Shown: positions 17,239-27,680, counted from the stretch's first letter. The stretch: DNA of 64,000 nt from Candidatus Niyogibacteria bacterium (GCA_016432485.1 CP066691.1:587538-651537), one strand, 5' to 3'. Translations and numbers: made by a program. The notes: generated by a model from the sequence alone, not told the origin.

Positions 17239-18986
17239 AAATAGATCCGGAACGCTTAAAACTTTTTATTCTTGATTCGGAACTTATCTCAAAAGACGAT
17301 TTTGAACGGGCTCAGAAAAAGGCGACCGATTCCGGAAAAGACATCGCCGATGTTTTGGTTGAGTCGGGAAAAATTTCCGATGACGACCTGCGTCGGCTCC
17401 ACGCTTATATTTTAGGAGTGCCGTTCGTTAATTTGGAGCAGGAAAAAATAGACCCGCGCGTTTTGGGAATCATACCCGAACCGATAGCCCGCAGCCATAA
17501 TATCGTGGCTTATCGCCTGGAGGGGGGCAATTTGGAAGTGGCGATGCTGGACCCTCAAGATTTGGCGGCCATTGATTTCATAAAGAAAAAAGCAAATCTT
17601 AAAATAAAGCCGCGTCTGACCAGCCAATCTTCCATGACCAATGTTTTGCGGCAATACCAAAAAAGTCTCGCGGCTGAATTCGGCGAGATAATAAAAAAAG
17701 AAGCCGGAGAAATTAAGCAGGTACTTGAGGTGGGAGTAAAAGACGCGAGCGGGGAAGACCTGAAAAAGGCGGCTGAAGAGCTGCCGATAATCCGTATTGT
17801 GGATACGCTTTTGCGTCACGCTATAGTCCAGCATGCTTCAGATATACATATAGAGCCCCTGGAAAAAGAACTTTTGATGCGTTATCGCATTGACGGAATT
17901 CTGCGGGACGCCATGGTTTTGCCTAAGCAGGTCGCCACGGGCATAATCGCCCGCGTGAAAGTTTTAGCCAATCTCAAGCTTGATGAGCATCGTTTGCCGC
18001 AAGACGGAAGATTTATGATTGAAACGGATGAAGAAAAGGTTTCTTTTAGGGTTTCAGTCCTTCCGGTTTTTGACGGCGAAAAAGCGGTTTTGCGGCTCTT
18101 ACCCGAAAACAAGCACGGTTTCACTTTAGAACAGCTCGGTTTTCGCGGCGAAGGCCTTGAGCGCATTGAACGCGCCATAAGAAAACCAACCGGAATGATT
18201 CTGGCTACCGGCCCGACCGGTTCCGGCAAGACCACGACCTTGTACACGGTTCTTGAAATACTCAACACGCCCGCGGTTAACATTTCAACCGTGGAAGACC
18301 CGATTGAATACAGGATTCCCAGAATAAACCAATCTCAAGTCCGTCCGGATATCGGATTTTCATTTGCGAACGGCTTGCGTTCTCTTTTGCGCCAGGATCC
18401 GGACATACTGATGGTCGGTGAAATAAGAGACAACGAAACGGCCTCTCTTGCCGTAAACGCGTCTTTGACGGGGCATCTGGTTCTTTCAACTCTGCATACC
18501 AATTCGGCAGCCGGCGCCTTGCCGCGTTTGCTTGAAATGAAAGTTGAACCGTTTCTTATATCTTCAACCGTAAATGTCATTATCGCTCAAAGATTAGTTC
18601 GAAGACTTTGCGAAAGAAACAAATCTTACAATATTACGGAAAGCGAAGTGCGAAGTTTCGGCCAGGGAGTTGACCCCGATAAATTAATTGAACTTTTAAG
18701 AAAGGAAAAGATAATTAAACCCAAAGACGGCTGGAAGGATATAAAATTTTACCGGCCCGCGCCGACTGCCGACTGTCCCGACGGCTATAAAGACCGTATC
18801 GGTATTCATGAAGTGCTGGAAATGTCGGAAACCATAAAAGAAATGACCGTGAGGCAGGCGACTTCTGACGAAATTGCCAAACAAGCGCGCCTGGAAGGCA
18901 TGGTAACCATGTTTGAAGACGGCATCATTAAAGCCGCCCAAGGGATTACTTCTTTGGAAGAAATAATGAGAGTGACCAGCGAATAA
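17235..18986 (+). CDS. pilB: type IV pilus / T2SS assembly ATPase PilB/GspE
   Basis: T2SSE_N domain, Walker A GPTGSGKTTT, Asp and His boxes. Confidence 0.9.
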   Translation: MKIDPERLKLFILDSELISKDDFERAQKKATDSGKDIADVLVESGKISDDDLRRLHAYILGVPFVNLEQEKIDPRVLGIIPEPIARSHNIVAYRLEGGNLEVAMLDPQDLAAIDFIKKKANLKIKPRLTSQSSMTNVLRQYQKSLAAEFGEIIKKEAGEIKQVLEVGVKDASGEDLKKAAEELPIIRIVDTLLRHAIVQHASDIHIEPLEKELLMRYRIDGILRDAMVLPKQVATGIIARVKVLANLKLDEHRLPQDGRFMIETDEEKVSFRVSVLPVFDGEKAVLRLLPENKHGFTLEQLGFRGEGLERIERAIRKPTGMILATGPTGSGKTTTLYTVLEILNTPAVNISTVEDPIEYRIPRINQSQVRPDIGFSFANGLRSLLRQDPDILMVGEIRDNETASLAVNASLTGHLVLSTLHTNSAAGALPRLLEMKVEPFLISSTVNVIIAQRLVRRLCERNKSYNITESEVRSFGQGVDPDKLIELLRKEKIIKPKDGWKDIKFYRPAPTADCPDGYKDRIGIHEVLEMSETIKEMTVRQATSDEIAKQARLEGMVTMFEDGIIKAAQGITSLEEIMRVTSE

Positions 18987-18993
18987 AATAATC

Positions 18994-20205
18994 GTGGCCG
19001 TTTTTTCATTCAAAGCCAAAAATCTTGCGGGCCAAGTCATTGAAGGCCGCAGAGAAGCCGCGGATCGTTTTGATTTGGCGAATGCCCTGAGAAAAGAAGG
19101 CTATTTTTTAATCAGCCGCAAAGAGGAAAAAGCCGAGTCGTCCTTTTTAAAGTTATCTTCAATATTCGGGCGAGTATCAATACAGGAAAAAATGGTTTTT
19201 GCCAGAAATCTGGCAGTTATGGTGGGCGCCGGAGTTTCCATGATCAGGGGGTTGGACGTGCTTTCGCGTCAAAGCGACAACAAAAACTGGAAAAAGACTC
19301 TTGAAAATATGGGGCAGATTATCAAGCAGGGGAGCTCTTTGAGTCAATCTATGGAAAATTATCCGGGCGTTTTTTCGCCGCTCTTTCGTTCAATGGTTAA
19401 ATCGGGCGAGGCTTCCGGAAAACTGGAGGAGGCACTGCGTCTGGTGGCCAATCAGCTCGAGCGGGAGTATGAACTGAAAAGAAAAGTGCGCGGAGCTCTT
19501 GTTTATCCGGCAGTAATAATTATAGCCATGGTGATAATAGGGATTTTGATGATGGTCTATGTTGTGCCGACGCTGGTCTCCACTTTTGAAGAATTGGGTG
19601 TTGAATTGCCCGCAACCACTTCCATTATTATAGGCATCAGCGGATTTTTGACCGGACACTGGTTTTTATCATCGGTTTTAGGCGTCGTGATCGCCGCGAT
19701 TTTTTTGCTTTTGACGCGCAGCGCTCCGGGAAAAAAATTTCTATCCGCGTTTTTTTTGAAGCTCCCCGTAATTTCGGGGATAGTAAAAAAAGTTAACGCG
19801 GCTAGGGTCAGCCGGACTCTGTCGTCCTTAATCAGTTCGGGCGTTGAAATAGTTGAGGCTCTGCAGGTCACCGAAGACGTAGTCCAGAATCCCAGATTTA
19901 AAAAAGTGCTTAATTCAGCCAGAGGCGAAATACAGAAAGGCAATCCGGTGTCGCGCGTATTTATTGAAAATGATGATTTGTTTCCGCTTTTGGTCGGCGA
20001 AATGATGGCGGTGGGCGAAGAAACCGGAAAATTTTCAGACATGCTTTTGCGCGTAGCCTCTTTTTATGAAGAAAGCGTGGCCGAGTCCACCAAGGCGCTG
20101 TCGACCGTAATAGAGCCGGTTTTGATGATTATTATCGGAGTTTTTGTCGGTTTTTTCGCCGTTTCAATGATACAGCCGCTTTATTCAATATCCGGCGGAC
20201 TGTAA
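18994..20205 (+). CDS. pilC: type IV pilus platform protein PilC/GspF
   Basis: 403 aa, two GspF repeats, three TM segments. Confidence 0.85.
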   Translation: MAVFSFKAKNLAGQVIEGRREAADRFDLANALRKEGYFLISRKEEKAESSFLKLSSIFGRVSIQEKMVFARNLAVMVGAGVSMIRGLDVLSRQSDNKNWKKTLENMGQIIKQGSSLSQSMENYPGVFSPLFRSMVKSGEASGKLEEALRLVANQLEREYELKRKVRGALVYPAVIIIAMVIIGILMMVYVVPTLVSTFEELGVELPATTSIIIGISGFLTGHWFLSSVLGVVIAAIFLLLTRSAPGKKFLSAFFLKLPVISGIVKKVNAARVSRTLSSLISSGVEIVEALQVTEDVVQNPRFKKVLNSARGEIQKGNPVSRVFIENDDLFPLLVGEMMAVGEETGKFSDMLLRVASFYEESVAESTKALSTVIEPVLMIIIGVFVGFFAVSMIQPLYSISGGL

Positions 20206-20223
20206 TCGGAATAAAAAATAAAT

Positions 20224-20673
20224 ATGACGCAAAAAGGGCTGACCTTGCTGGAAATTTTAATCACAATCGCGGTTTTGATTATCCTTTCGGTAATTATTCT
20301 TGGGGCTTTAAATGAGTTTCGCGATTCACGGGCTTTATCCGGAGCCCGCGAAGAAATTATCGGAGCTTTGCGCGAGGCTCGTTCCAGAACTCTGGCTTCC
20401 GAAAATGAAAATCAATTCGGAGTCCATTTTGAAACTTCGCGGATTATTGTTTTTGTCGGCCCCGATTTTATTCCGGACGACCCGAAAAACGAAATTCGCG
20501 CCATATCTTTGCGGACGGAGATTTTTAATATAAATTTTTCAGGTTCGGACACTGTTTTTAAACGTCTGACCGGTGAGTCCGACCCGGAGGGCAATGTTTC
20601 GGTCAGATTGAAAAAAGATCCGTCAGAATTATTTACGGTTTATCTAAATTCCAGCGGTTTGGTCCATGATTGA
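20224..20673 (+). CDS. prepilin-type pilin/pseudopilin
   Basis: KG-LTLLEILITIAVLIIL class III signal peptide. Confidence 0.7.
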   Translation: MTQKGLTLLEILITIAVLIILSVIILGALNEFRDSRALSGAREEIIGALREARSRTLASENENQFGVHFETSRIIVFVGPDFIPDDPKNEIRAISLRTEIFNINFSGSDTVFKRLTGESDPEGNVSVRLKKDPSELFTVYLNSSGLVHD

Positions 20674-21184
20674 CGATTTTTATAAATGTTTCAGGCAAAC
20701 GCCGACGAACCAAAAACCGCCATACACGGTTGCGGGATTCGGTTTACTGGAAGCGGTTGTCGCGGTATCGCTTGTTGCCGTTTCGCTTTTTTCTTTGGTC
20801 GCGGTCGGGCAGATCGCTTTTAAATCGGCTACAGAGAGTCTGGACGGCATTGAGGCGGCTTATCTTGCCGAAGAAGGCGTTGAAGTTTTGCGTTTAATGC
20901 GCGACGATAATTGGTCAAATATTTCAGCTCTTGCGCCGGACCAGACTTATCAGCCGGTTTTTTCCGCGGGCTCTTGGTCTGCCACTACGGCTCCCCAGCT
21001 TATTGACGGAAAATTCTCCCGGACCTTTGTTTTGCGCCGAGTTTATCGAGACGCCGGCGACAACATAGCCGTTTCCGGGACGCTGGACACCGATGCCGTT
21101 AAAGCCGAGCTTAATCTTGACTGGAGTCAGAATGAAAATATCGGATTAACAAGTTATGTCGTTAATTTATTTCGTGATGAATAA
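20666..21184 (+). CDS. prepilin-type minor pilin
   Basis: AG-FGLLEAVVAV prepilin motif. Confidence 0.6.
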   Translation: MIDDFYKCFRQTPTNQKPPYTVAGFGLLEAVVAVSLVAVSLFSLVAVGQIAFKSATESLDGIEAAYLAEEGVEVLRLMRDDNWSNISALAPDQTYQPVFSAGSWSATTAPQLIDGKFSRTFVLRRVYRDAGDNIAVSGTLDTDAVKAELNLDWSQNENIGLTSYVVNLFRDE

Positions 21185-21689
21185 AAAAAGCGGAGTAAGT
21201 TTAATAGAGACCGTTATATATGTGGCAATTCTTGCGGTCTTGATTGTGTTTACGGTTAATACGATTTTAACTATGTCTTCGGTCTATGCCAGGGCGCGGC
21301 TTATCAGAAGAGTTGCTTTTGACAGCGAAACCGCGCTTGAGCGCGTAACGCGCGAAATCAGACTGGCATCAAGCGTGGATGACGGCGCGAGTTCGTTTGA
21401 CGTTAATCCCTCGCGCGTTGTTTTAAATACGATAAAAAGTTTTGAAGATCCGACTCCGGAAATAAAAGAGTTTTATCTGTCGGGCTCCCGTCTGGCGTTT
21501 CGCGAAGGAGCCGGAGCCGAAAAATTTTTGACATCCGATGATACCGACGTTTCTTCTTTTGTCGTTAATAAAATTCAGACGCAGCATTCGCAGGCTTTAA
21601 AAATAACTTTGATTATAGAGGCTTCCGGAGGTAAAAATCAGATTTCGCGTAATTTTTATCAGACCGCGATTTTAAAAGGAGGATACTGA
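21156..21689 (+). CDS. prepilin-type minor pilin
   Basis: SG-VSLIETVIYVAIL prepilin motif. Confidence 0.6.
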   Translation: MSLIYFVMNKKSGVSLIETVIYVAILAVLIVFTVNTILTMSSVYARARLIRRVAFDSETALERVTREIRLASSVDDGASSFDVNPSRVVLNTIKSFEDPTPEIKEFYLSGSRLAFREGAGAEKFLTSDDTDVSSFVVNKIQTQHSQALKITLIIEASGGKNQISRNFYQTAILKGGY

Positions 21690-21690
21690 A

Positions 21691-22941
21691 ATGAAATTTT
21701 CAAATCAAATAAGAAATAATTCGGGGCAAGCGGCGCTCACGGCAGTTATCTTTTTCTTATTCATTTCGCTCGCGCTTGCCGGAGCATTTGCCGGTTCGGC
21801 TTTGTCTGAACTTAAGAGCGTTAAGAATCTTAAAAATTCCAGGCAGAGCTACGTTTATGCCGAGGGTGTTCTTGAGGACGCCGCGTATCGCTTGATTTCG
21901 GGTAAGAATATGCCGAATCAAGTTGTTTATTCTGAAGGCGATCTTACGGCCACGACCAGCGTAAATGATGTTTTAGATTCTAAAGAAATTGAAACCTTGG
22001 GCGAAAAGAATAATATTTTTAGGAAAATAAAAACCGCTCTAAGTCTTGGGACCGGAATTTCTTTTTATTACGGCGTACAGGTGGGGGAGGGAGGAGTTGT
22101 AATTGGCAATGATTCGGTTGTGGTCGGCAATGTTTTTTCAAATGGCGATATAATCGGTAACGGCAAAGACAAAACCACTATCACTGGCACGGCTAAATCC
22201 GCCGGCGCGCATTTAGTGAAAGACATACGCATTGAAGAAGATGCCTGGGGGTATGATTTTGACAACTGCATAGTGGTGGGCATAGCACATTATGCCGGCA
22301 GTTTTTCCGCTAACTGTTCAGCCGCCTCCACGGAAATTCTTGCCTTGCCTCTTGAACCGGAGCAATTCCCGATTCCGGAAAGCTTAATTGACAGCTGGAA
22401 AGCAGATGCCGAGGCCGGCGGCGTCATAAGCGGGTTTTCCGTGGGTAACAACAGTTCCGAGACCCTGGGTCCTAAAAAAATATCCGGGGACCTTACGTTG
22501 GGGAACAGCGCCACTCTCATTCTTACGGGCACTATCTGGGTGACCGGCACGATTAATTTCGGTAACAACCCCATACTTAAGCTTGATGCTTCCTACGGCC
22601 AGCTTTCCGGGGTTTTGGTTGTTGACGGTTCGGTGGATTTTGGAAATCAGGCAGCGGTGTTCGAGGGGTCGGGTGAAGAAGGGAGCTATTTGATGCTCCT
22701 CTCAACTTTCGGACCCGAGGACGCCATTAAACTTGGCAACAAAGCAGAGGGAGCAATTTTTTACGCTCCTAACGGCATTATCAACGCCGGGAATAATTTG
22801 AATTTGAAAGAAGCGACGGGATATGGATTGAAAGTTGGCAATGGCACCACCATTACTTACGAGTCTGGCTTTGCCGATCTTAATTTTTCTTCCGGCCCAT
22901 CCGGCGGCTATGAAATAGAGTCTTGGCGGGAAACGCAGTAA
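21691..22941 (+). CDS. PilX-like N-terminal domain protein with Gly-rich repeat region (possible pilus tip/adhesin)
   Basis: MKFSNQIRNNSGQAALTAVIFFLF N-terminus; repetitive G-N-x-V segments. Confidence 0.5.
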   Translation: MKFSNQIRNNSGQAALTAVIFFLFISLALAGAFAGSALSELKSVKNLKNSRQSYVYAEGVLEDAAYRLISGKNMPNQVVYSEGDLTATTSVNDVLDSKEIETLGEKNNIFRKIKTALSLGTGISFYYGVQVGEGGVVIGNDSVVVGNVFSNGDIIGNGKDKTTITGTAKSAGAHLVKDIRIEEDAWGYDFDNCIVVGIAHYAGSFSANCSAASTEILALPLEPEQFPIPESLIDSWKADAEAGGVISGFSVGNNSSETLGPKKISGDLTLGNSATLILTGTIWVTGTINFGNNPILKLDASYGQLSGVLVVDGSVDFGNQAAVFEGSGEEGSYLMLLSTFGPEDAIKLGNKAEGAIFYAPNGIINAGNNLNLKEATGYGLKVGNGTTITYESGFADLNFSSGPSGGYEIESWRETQ

Positions 22942-22983
22942 TATAATTTCTAATTCACCTGGTTTCTAATTAAAAATTAGTCA

Positions 22984-24117
22984 TTGTATTATAAATATAT
23001 GTTGCATCTATCCAAATTTTTTCCGCCGCCGTCCTATCTTGATTTTCCGATTACGGGATTGGATATTTCGGATCGCTCAATAAAATATGTTGAGCTCAAA
23101 AAAAACGGAGCGGGGCTACGTTTAAAAAGGGCCGGCAAAAGGAATTTGCCTTCGGGTTTGATTTTGGCCGGAGAAATAAAAAAACCTGATGAGCTTGCGG
23201 CAAATTTGGCGGAATTTTTAAAACCCTTGGGGGTTGACCATGTAGTCGCGGCTCTGCCGGAAGAAAGGGCTTATATCAGCGTTATGTCTTTGCCGAAAAT
23301 GGAAAAAAATCAGATTCGGGAAGCCGTGGAATCGGGTTTGCCTGAAAAAATTCCGTTGCCTGCCGGCGAGTCTGTTTTTGATTTTGAATTTTTGAAACCC
23401 GCGGCCGCTGCCGTTGACGGCGTAAAGATAAATGATAACCAAGTTCCGCATCAAGACGTCGTAGTCTACGCTTTTTCCAAAACGATGGTTCAAAGTTACT
23501 TGGATGTTTATCTTAGCGCCGGCCTGTATCCGGTTTCTTTTGCGATGGAGACCGCGGCTTTGAGCCGGGCCTTGATGCCGGAGAGTCATGAGAATCCGCC
23601 GACCATGATAGTTGATTTTGGCAAAACCCGGACTACTTTTGTCATAATCGCCGGCGGATTGGTGCGTTTCAGTTCAACTGTTAATGTTGCCGGCGAATCT
23701 CTGGATCAGGCCATTGCCAAATCTCTGAATATTCCGGTAAACGCCGCCGAAAAAACCAAGAAAGAAAACGGAATGTCGCGAGCTTCCGAGAACCGCGCTG
23801 TTTTTGAATCCATACTGCCGGTGATTGCGGCGGTTTCCGATGAAATAGAGCGGCATATTTTATTTTGGAACACTCACGCCGAACATGTGCACCAATCTGA
23901 ACCGCAGATATCAAAAGTTATTCTTTCAGGGGGGGATTCCAATCTAATCGGTTTTAGCGAGTATCTGGCGGCCAAACTCGGGCTGTCGGTTGAGCTTGGA
24001 AATCCGTGGGTTAATGTCGCTCCCTTTGAAAAATATATACCGGAGATAACTTTTAACGAATCTCTGGCTCTGGGTTCGGCGATAGGTCTTGGTTTAATGG
24101 CGTTGGATACAAATTAA
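22984..24117 (+). CDS. pilM: type IV pilus assembly protein PilM (actin-like ATPase fold)
   Basis: ITGLDISDRSIKYVEL start; length and position upstream of pilN/pilO. Confidence 0.75.
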   Translation: MYYKYMLHLSKFFPPPSYLDFPITGLDISDRSIKYVELKKNGAGLRLKRAGKRNLPSGLILAGEIKKPDELAANLAEFLKPLGVDHVVAALPEERAYISVMSLPKMEKNQIREAVESGLPEKIPLPAGESVFDFEFLKPAAAAVDGVKINDNQVPHQDVVVYAFSKTMVQSYLDVYLSAGLYPVSFAMETAALSRALMPESHENPPTMIVDFGKTRTTFVIIAGGLVRFSSTVNVAGESLDQAIAKSLNIPVNAAEKTKKENGMSRASENRAVFESILPVIAAVSDEIERHILFWNTHAEHVHQSEPQISKVILSGGDSNLIGFSEYLAAKLGLSVELGNPWVNVAPFEKYIPEITFNESLALGSAIGLGLMALDTN

Positions 24118-24118
24118 A

Positions 24119-24676
24119 ATGAGCATAAATTTATTGCCCGAAGATTATCAAAACGAGGTTAGAAATGAGCGAATCAGACGTTTGGCGGTTACGATTGGCG
24201 TTTTCGTATTTTTAACCGTGGCCGTGAATATAATTTTACTTTCGCCTTTGTGGTTTTTATTTAATGCCCGGGAAGCGGAACTAACGCGGGAGCTTGATGC
24301 TGTCAAACGCGGCCCCGCTTTTTTACGCGCGACCGATATTGAGTCTGAAATAAGGGTTTTAAACGCCGAGATAGCGGTTTTTAATTCCGGGGAAAAGAAA
24401 TTATTTGAGATATCTCCCGCGATAAAATCAATTTTGAGCCGCAGGCCTTCCGGCATTGGAATATCCGGCATATCTTTTTATTCCGCGGGCCAAAAAGGAC
24501 AGGGGTTAACTCAAATTTCAATATCGGGGGTTGCCAAAAATCGGGAACTGCTTTTGAATTTCGCCAAATCCAACGAGACTAATGAGTTTTTCAAAAAAGT
24601 GAATTCACCCATATCAAATCTTCTGAAAGAAAATAATTTTGATTATTCTTTGGTTTTTGATTTAGATTATGAATAA
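24119..24676 (+). CDS. pilN: PilN-like pilus assembly protein
   Basis: INLLPEDY start followed by a single TM helix. Confidence 0.6.
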   Translation: MSINLLPEDYQNEVRNERIRRLAVTIGVFVFLTVAVNIILLSPLWFLFNAREAELTRELDAVKRGPAFLRATDIESEIRVLNAEIAVFNSGEKKLFEISPAIKSILSRRPSGIGISGISFYSAGQKGQGLTQISISGVAKNRELLLNFAKSNETNEFFKKVNSPISNLLKENNFDYSLVFDLDYE

Positions 24677-25181
24677 GGGAGCGCTAAAAACAATAATTAT
24701 TCTTTTTCTTCTGAACGCGCTGGCAATTTTCGGCTGGTGGTTGTTTTATCGCCGGCTGGATGACGCTGGTGGACGTATCGGAGTTTTGCGGGAAGAAATT
24801 TTTGCGGCCGACGCCAAACAGAAAAACATTAAACTGCTGGAAGAAACACTTCAGTCTATCGGCGACGACAGGTCTAAAATAGAGGATGTTTTTGTTGATG
24901 AGAAAAGCGTTGTCGGGTTTATAGAGAATTTGGAGAAGGTGGCTGCTGATGCCGGAGCGTCTTTGGAAATATCTTCGGTTTCGCTCCAAGCAAAAGTTGA
25001 GGATGGCGGTCCGAGTTTTAATTTAAACCTTGAGGGCAGTTTCGGCCGCCTTTTGAAGTTTTTGACCTTGCTTGAGAACATAAATTATCAGGTGAAAATA
25101 GGAACTGCGCGTTTCAGCGTTTTAAATTCCGGAATCTGGGACTTGCAGGTTAAATTAAATCTTTTAAGTTATAAATTTTAA
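24669..25181 (+). CDS. pilO: PilO-like pilus assembly protein
   Basis: N-terminal TM plus coiled coil; operon position. Confidence 0.55.
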   Translation: MNKGALKTIIILFLLNALAIFGWWLFYRRLDDAGGRIGVLREEIFAADAKQKNIKLLEETLQSIGDDRSKIEDVFVDEKSVVGFIENLEKVAADAGASLEISSVSLQAKVEDGGPSFNLNLEGSFGRLLKFLTLLENINYQVKIGTARFSVLNSGIWDLQVKLNLLSYKF

Positions 25182-25187
25182 ACTATT

Positions 25188-25514
25188 ATGGAATCCGATT
25201 TTTTTAAAATTAATTTATCTGATTTTGGAAGGGGGTCGGGGAGACGGATTTTGGACGCGTTTGCGGCTCCGGCCAGAAAATACTGGGGATGGTTTTTGTT
25301 TTCAGCCTCGATTTTATTTTTAGCGTCAATAATTTTCAGTATTTTTATGTTTTTGTCTTTAAGCGCCGAGCGCGCGTCCGATGTAATTGTTTCGGATAAA
25401 TTTTCCGAAATTAATTTATCCGGTTTTGAAGAAGCAGTAGAAGCGATGCGGGATAGGGAGTCCGATTTTAATAAAGCTTTTAGCGAACCATTGTTTGGCG
25501 ATCCGTCATTGTAA
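25188..25514 (+). CDS. small membrane protein, end of pilus operon
   Basis: One TM segment; no motif. Confidence 0.35.
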   Translation: MESDFFKINLSDFGRGSGRRILDAFAAPARKYWGWFLFSASILFLASIIFSIFMFLSLSAERASDVIVSDKFSEINLSGFEEAVEAMRDRESDFNKAFSEPLFGDPSL

Positions 25515-25578
25515 TAGGAACCATCGTTGTAAAGTTTGTTTTTTCGTAGTATAAATTATTGAGTTGTTTTAAAAATCA

Positions 25579-25650
25579 GCCCCCGTAGTTCAACGGACAG
25601 AACGAAGGACTTCTAATCCTTAGATCGAGGTTCGATTCCTCGCGGGGGCA
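25579..25650 (+). tRNA. tRNA-Arg(TCT), CCA encoded
   Basis: Acceptor GCCCCCG/CGGGGGC, anticodon loop CTTCTAA, then CCA. Confidence 0.85.
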
Positions 25651-25818
25651 CCAGTGAGGAAATTGCAAGTTTGATAAAAAAAAGAAAAATTGGAAATTGT
25701 TAGCGGTGCGGCTCCGCAAGCGGATTGTCTATCGGTAAAATAGAGAGCCGATTGGGTATATCGCGAAGCCGAAGGGTTGTTGATAAAGCTTTTAAATTAA
25801 AGTAATAATATGAGTTAT

Positions 25819-25892
25819 GGGCTCGTAGCTCAGTTGGTTAGAGCGTTCGCTTGACATGCGAAAGGTCTCCAGTTCAAGTCTGGACGAGCCCA
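25819..25892 (+). tRNA. tRNA-Val(GAC)
   Basis: GGGCTCGTAGCTCAGTTGG..., anticodon loop TTGACAT, T-loop TTCAAGT. Confidence 0.85.
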
Positions 25893-25920
25893 CAAAAGGT
25901 TTGTGTTATGATATATTCAT

Positions 25921-26550
25921 ATGGCAAAAATAATTTTAAAAACAATTTTGTGGGGAGTGGCCTCGTGGGTGGCATTAAGCGTTATTCTGTTTTTTGGCGT
26001 CGGTTTTTATGAAAGTTTTGTAGCTAAAAACGCGGAAGTTGAGCTATCCTCATCCTTAATTACCGGTTTGAGATATATTGTTTTGTTTTTGGCTCTGGGA
26101 GTCGCGTCAGCCGTCTTTCTTTATGAAGACAAAAAACAAAAACCCTTTAAGCATATAGTGGCTGAACCTGAAAAAGATGAAAAAGTCCACGGAATTATTT
26201 GGTCTGAAAGCAAGCCGACCGAAGTTTCTAAAAAACCATCTGATTTTCCCAAGCCCTTTGAAGTTCAAAAGCCCCCGATAAAGCCGACCATTCAATCTCC
26301 GCCGGTTTCCGCTTCGTCTCAGCCGCCGCTCCCGCCAGCGCCCTCTATTCCATCTCCGCCAAAACCTCCGCTTGCGTCTTCGTTCACCCAGCGAGGCGCG
26401 CCGATTTCACAATCCGTGCCTCTAACTCCGCCTCCACATCCGCCTCCGCCTCCGCCTCCGCCTTTGTCTCCGTCGTCTCCGCTTCCCTCGGCATATAAAC
26501 CTTTGGATTCAGAACAAAACAAAAAACAGCCGCCGTGGAGCCGGACATAA
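25921..26550 (+). CDS. membrane protein with Pro-rich C-terminal region
   Basis: Two TM helices, then a PPxP-rich region. The underlying CCTCCG microsatellite overlaps the rluA start in another frame. Confidence 0.45.
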   Translation: MAKIILKTILWGVASWVALSVILFFGVGFYESFVAKNAEVELSSSLITGLRYIVLFLALGVASAVFLYEDKKQKPFKHIVAEPEKDEKVHGIIWSESKPTEVSKKPSDFPKPFEVQKPPIKPTIQSPPVSASSQPPLPPAPSIPSPPKPPLASSFTQRGAPISQSVPLTPPPHPPPPPPPPLSPSSPLPSAYKPLDSEQNKKQPPWSRT

Positions 26551-27269
26551 TATACGAAGATAAAAATTTTCTGGCCGTTAATAAGCCGTATGGTATTGTA
26601 GTCCATCCGGATGAGAGGCATCGCGACGGAACTCTGGCGCAAAGCATTGTCCAAAAATATCCTGAAATCAAAAACGTGGGAGACCGTTCGGCAAGATCGT
26701 GGCAGGAAAGGCCCGGAATCGTACATCGTTTGGATAAAGACACTTCGGGGCTCTTGCTTGTCGCCAAAAATCAGCCGGCTTTTGATTTTCTGAAAAATTC
26801 TTTTCAAAAACGCCTTATTAAAAAAACTTATTTGGTTTTGGTGATGGGGGAGCTCAAGAAAAAAGACGGCCGGATAGACCTTCCGATCGCCAGAAGCAGA
26901 AAAAGCCCGATGCGGCGCGTCGCGGGCCGCGGTTTGGCCGGCAAGGAACGCGAAGCCGCTACCGAATACAGGGTCACTAAAAGTTTTAACGATTTTACTC
27001 TTTTGGAGGCCAGACCCTTAACCGGGCGTACTCATCAGATTCGGGCGCATTTCGCCGCTATCGGCCATCCCGTGGTTTGCGATAAAATTTACGGAGGGAA
27101 AAAACCGGTTTGTCCTGCCGGACTCACCCGTCAATTCCTGCACGCGTGGCGTCTGGAATTCGTTTCTCCAACCGGAGCAAAGCTTATGCTTGAAGCGGAT
27201 TTGCCGGAGGATTTGGATGGGGTTTTAAGATTTCTAGACACACAAATTAACAAAACCTTACGGCCGTAA
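26535..27269 (+). CDS. RluA-family pseudouridine synthase
   Basis: NKPYGIVVHP...HRLDKDTSGLLL catalytic-Asp motif. Confidence 0.8.
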   Translation: MEPDIIYEDKNFLAVNKPYGIVVHPDERHRDGTLAQSIVQKYPEIKNVGDRSARSWQERPGIVHRLDKDTSGLLLVAKNQPAFDFLKNSFQKRLIKKTYLVLVMGELKKKDGRIDLPIARSRKSPMRRVAGRGLAGKEREAATEYRVTKSFNDFTLLEARPLTGRTHQIRAHFAAIGHPVVCDKIYGGKKPVCPAGLTRQFLHAWRLEFVSPTGAKLMLEADLPEDLDGVLRFLDTQINKTLRP

Positions 27270-27355
27270 GGTTTTGTTAATTTGTGTTTACATAATATAC
27301 ATGAAGTTGTTACTAATTGCGGTATAAAATAAAATCTGATAGCATTTTTGGTATA

Positions 27356-27426
27356 GCGGGTGTAGTTTAATGGCAGAACATCTGGTTGCCAATCAGATAG
27401 CGGGAGTTCGATTCTCCCCACCCGCA
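27356..27426 (+). tRNA. tRNA-Gly(GCC)
   Basis: Acceptor GCGGGTG/CACCCGC, anticodon loop TTGCCAA, T-arm GGGAGTTCGATTCTCCC. Confidence 0.8.
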
Positions 27427-27680
27427 CAGAATTTCAGTTTGAACGCTTCATCGGCGCTTTTGCCGTTTCTGGATCATTACTTTTGCGGGTTATAACATGC
27501 GCTATTTGGGCGTGAGTAAGATACAGGGAATTTTAGTTGTAATTTTCCAGTTGAGATTCGCATTGTAAATGCGAAGTTTTTTATTTTTCGGAGAGATTCG
27601 AACCGAATAGAAAACCTTTACTTTTTGTAGCCCCCATAGTATATATGTACTAGAACTCAAATCCTCAGGAGGGAAAAGAG

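Noticed and set aside
26535-27269. RluA gene lacking an S4 domain suspected to be a truncated pseudogene
   Set aside because: RluA/TruC-type synthases naturally lack the N-terminal S4 domain. The catalytic HRLD motif and the full length are present.
27590-27625. gagattcgaacc box resembling a tRNA T-arm
   Set aside because: No acceptor, D-arm or anticodon arms can be folded around it. It is probably a chance match.
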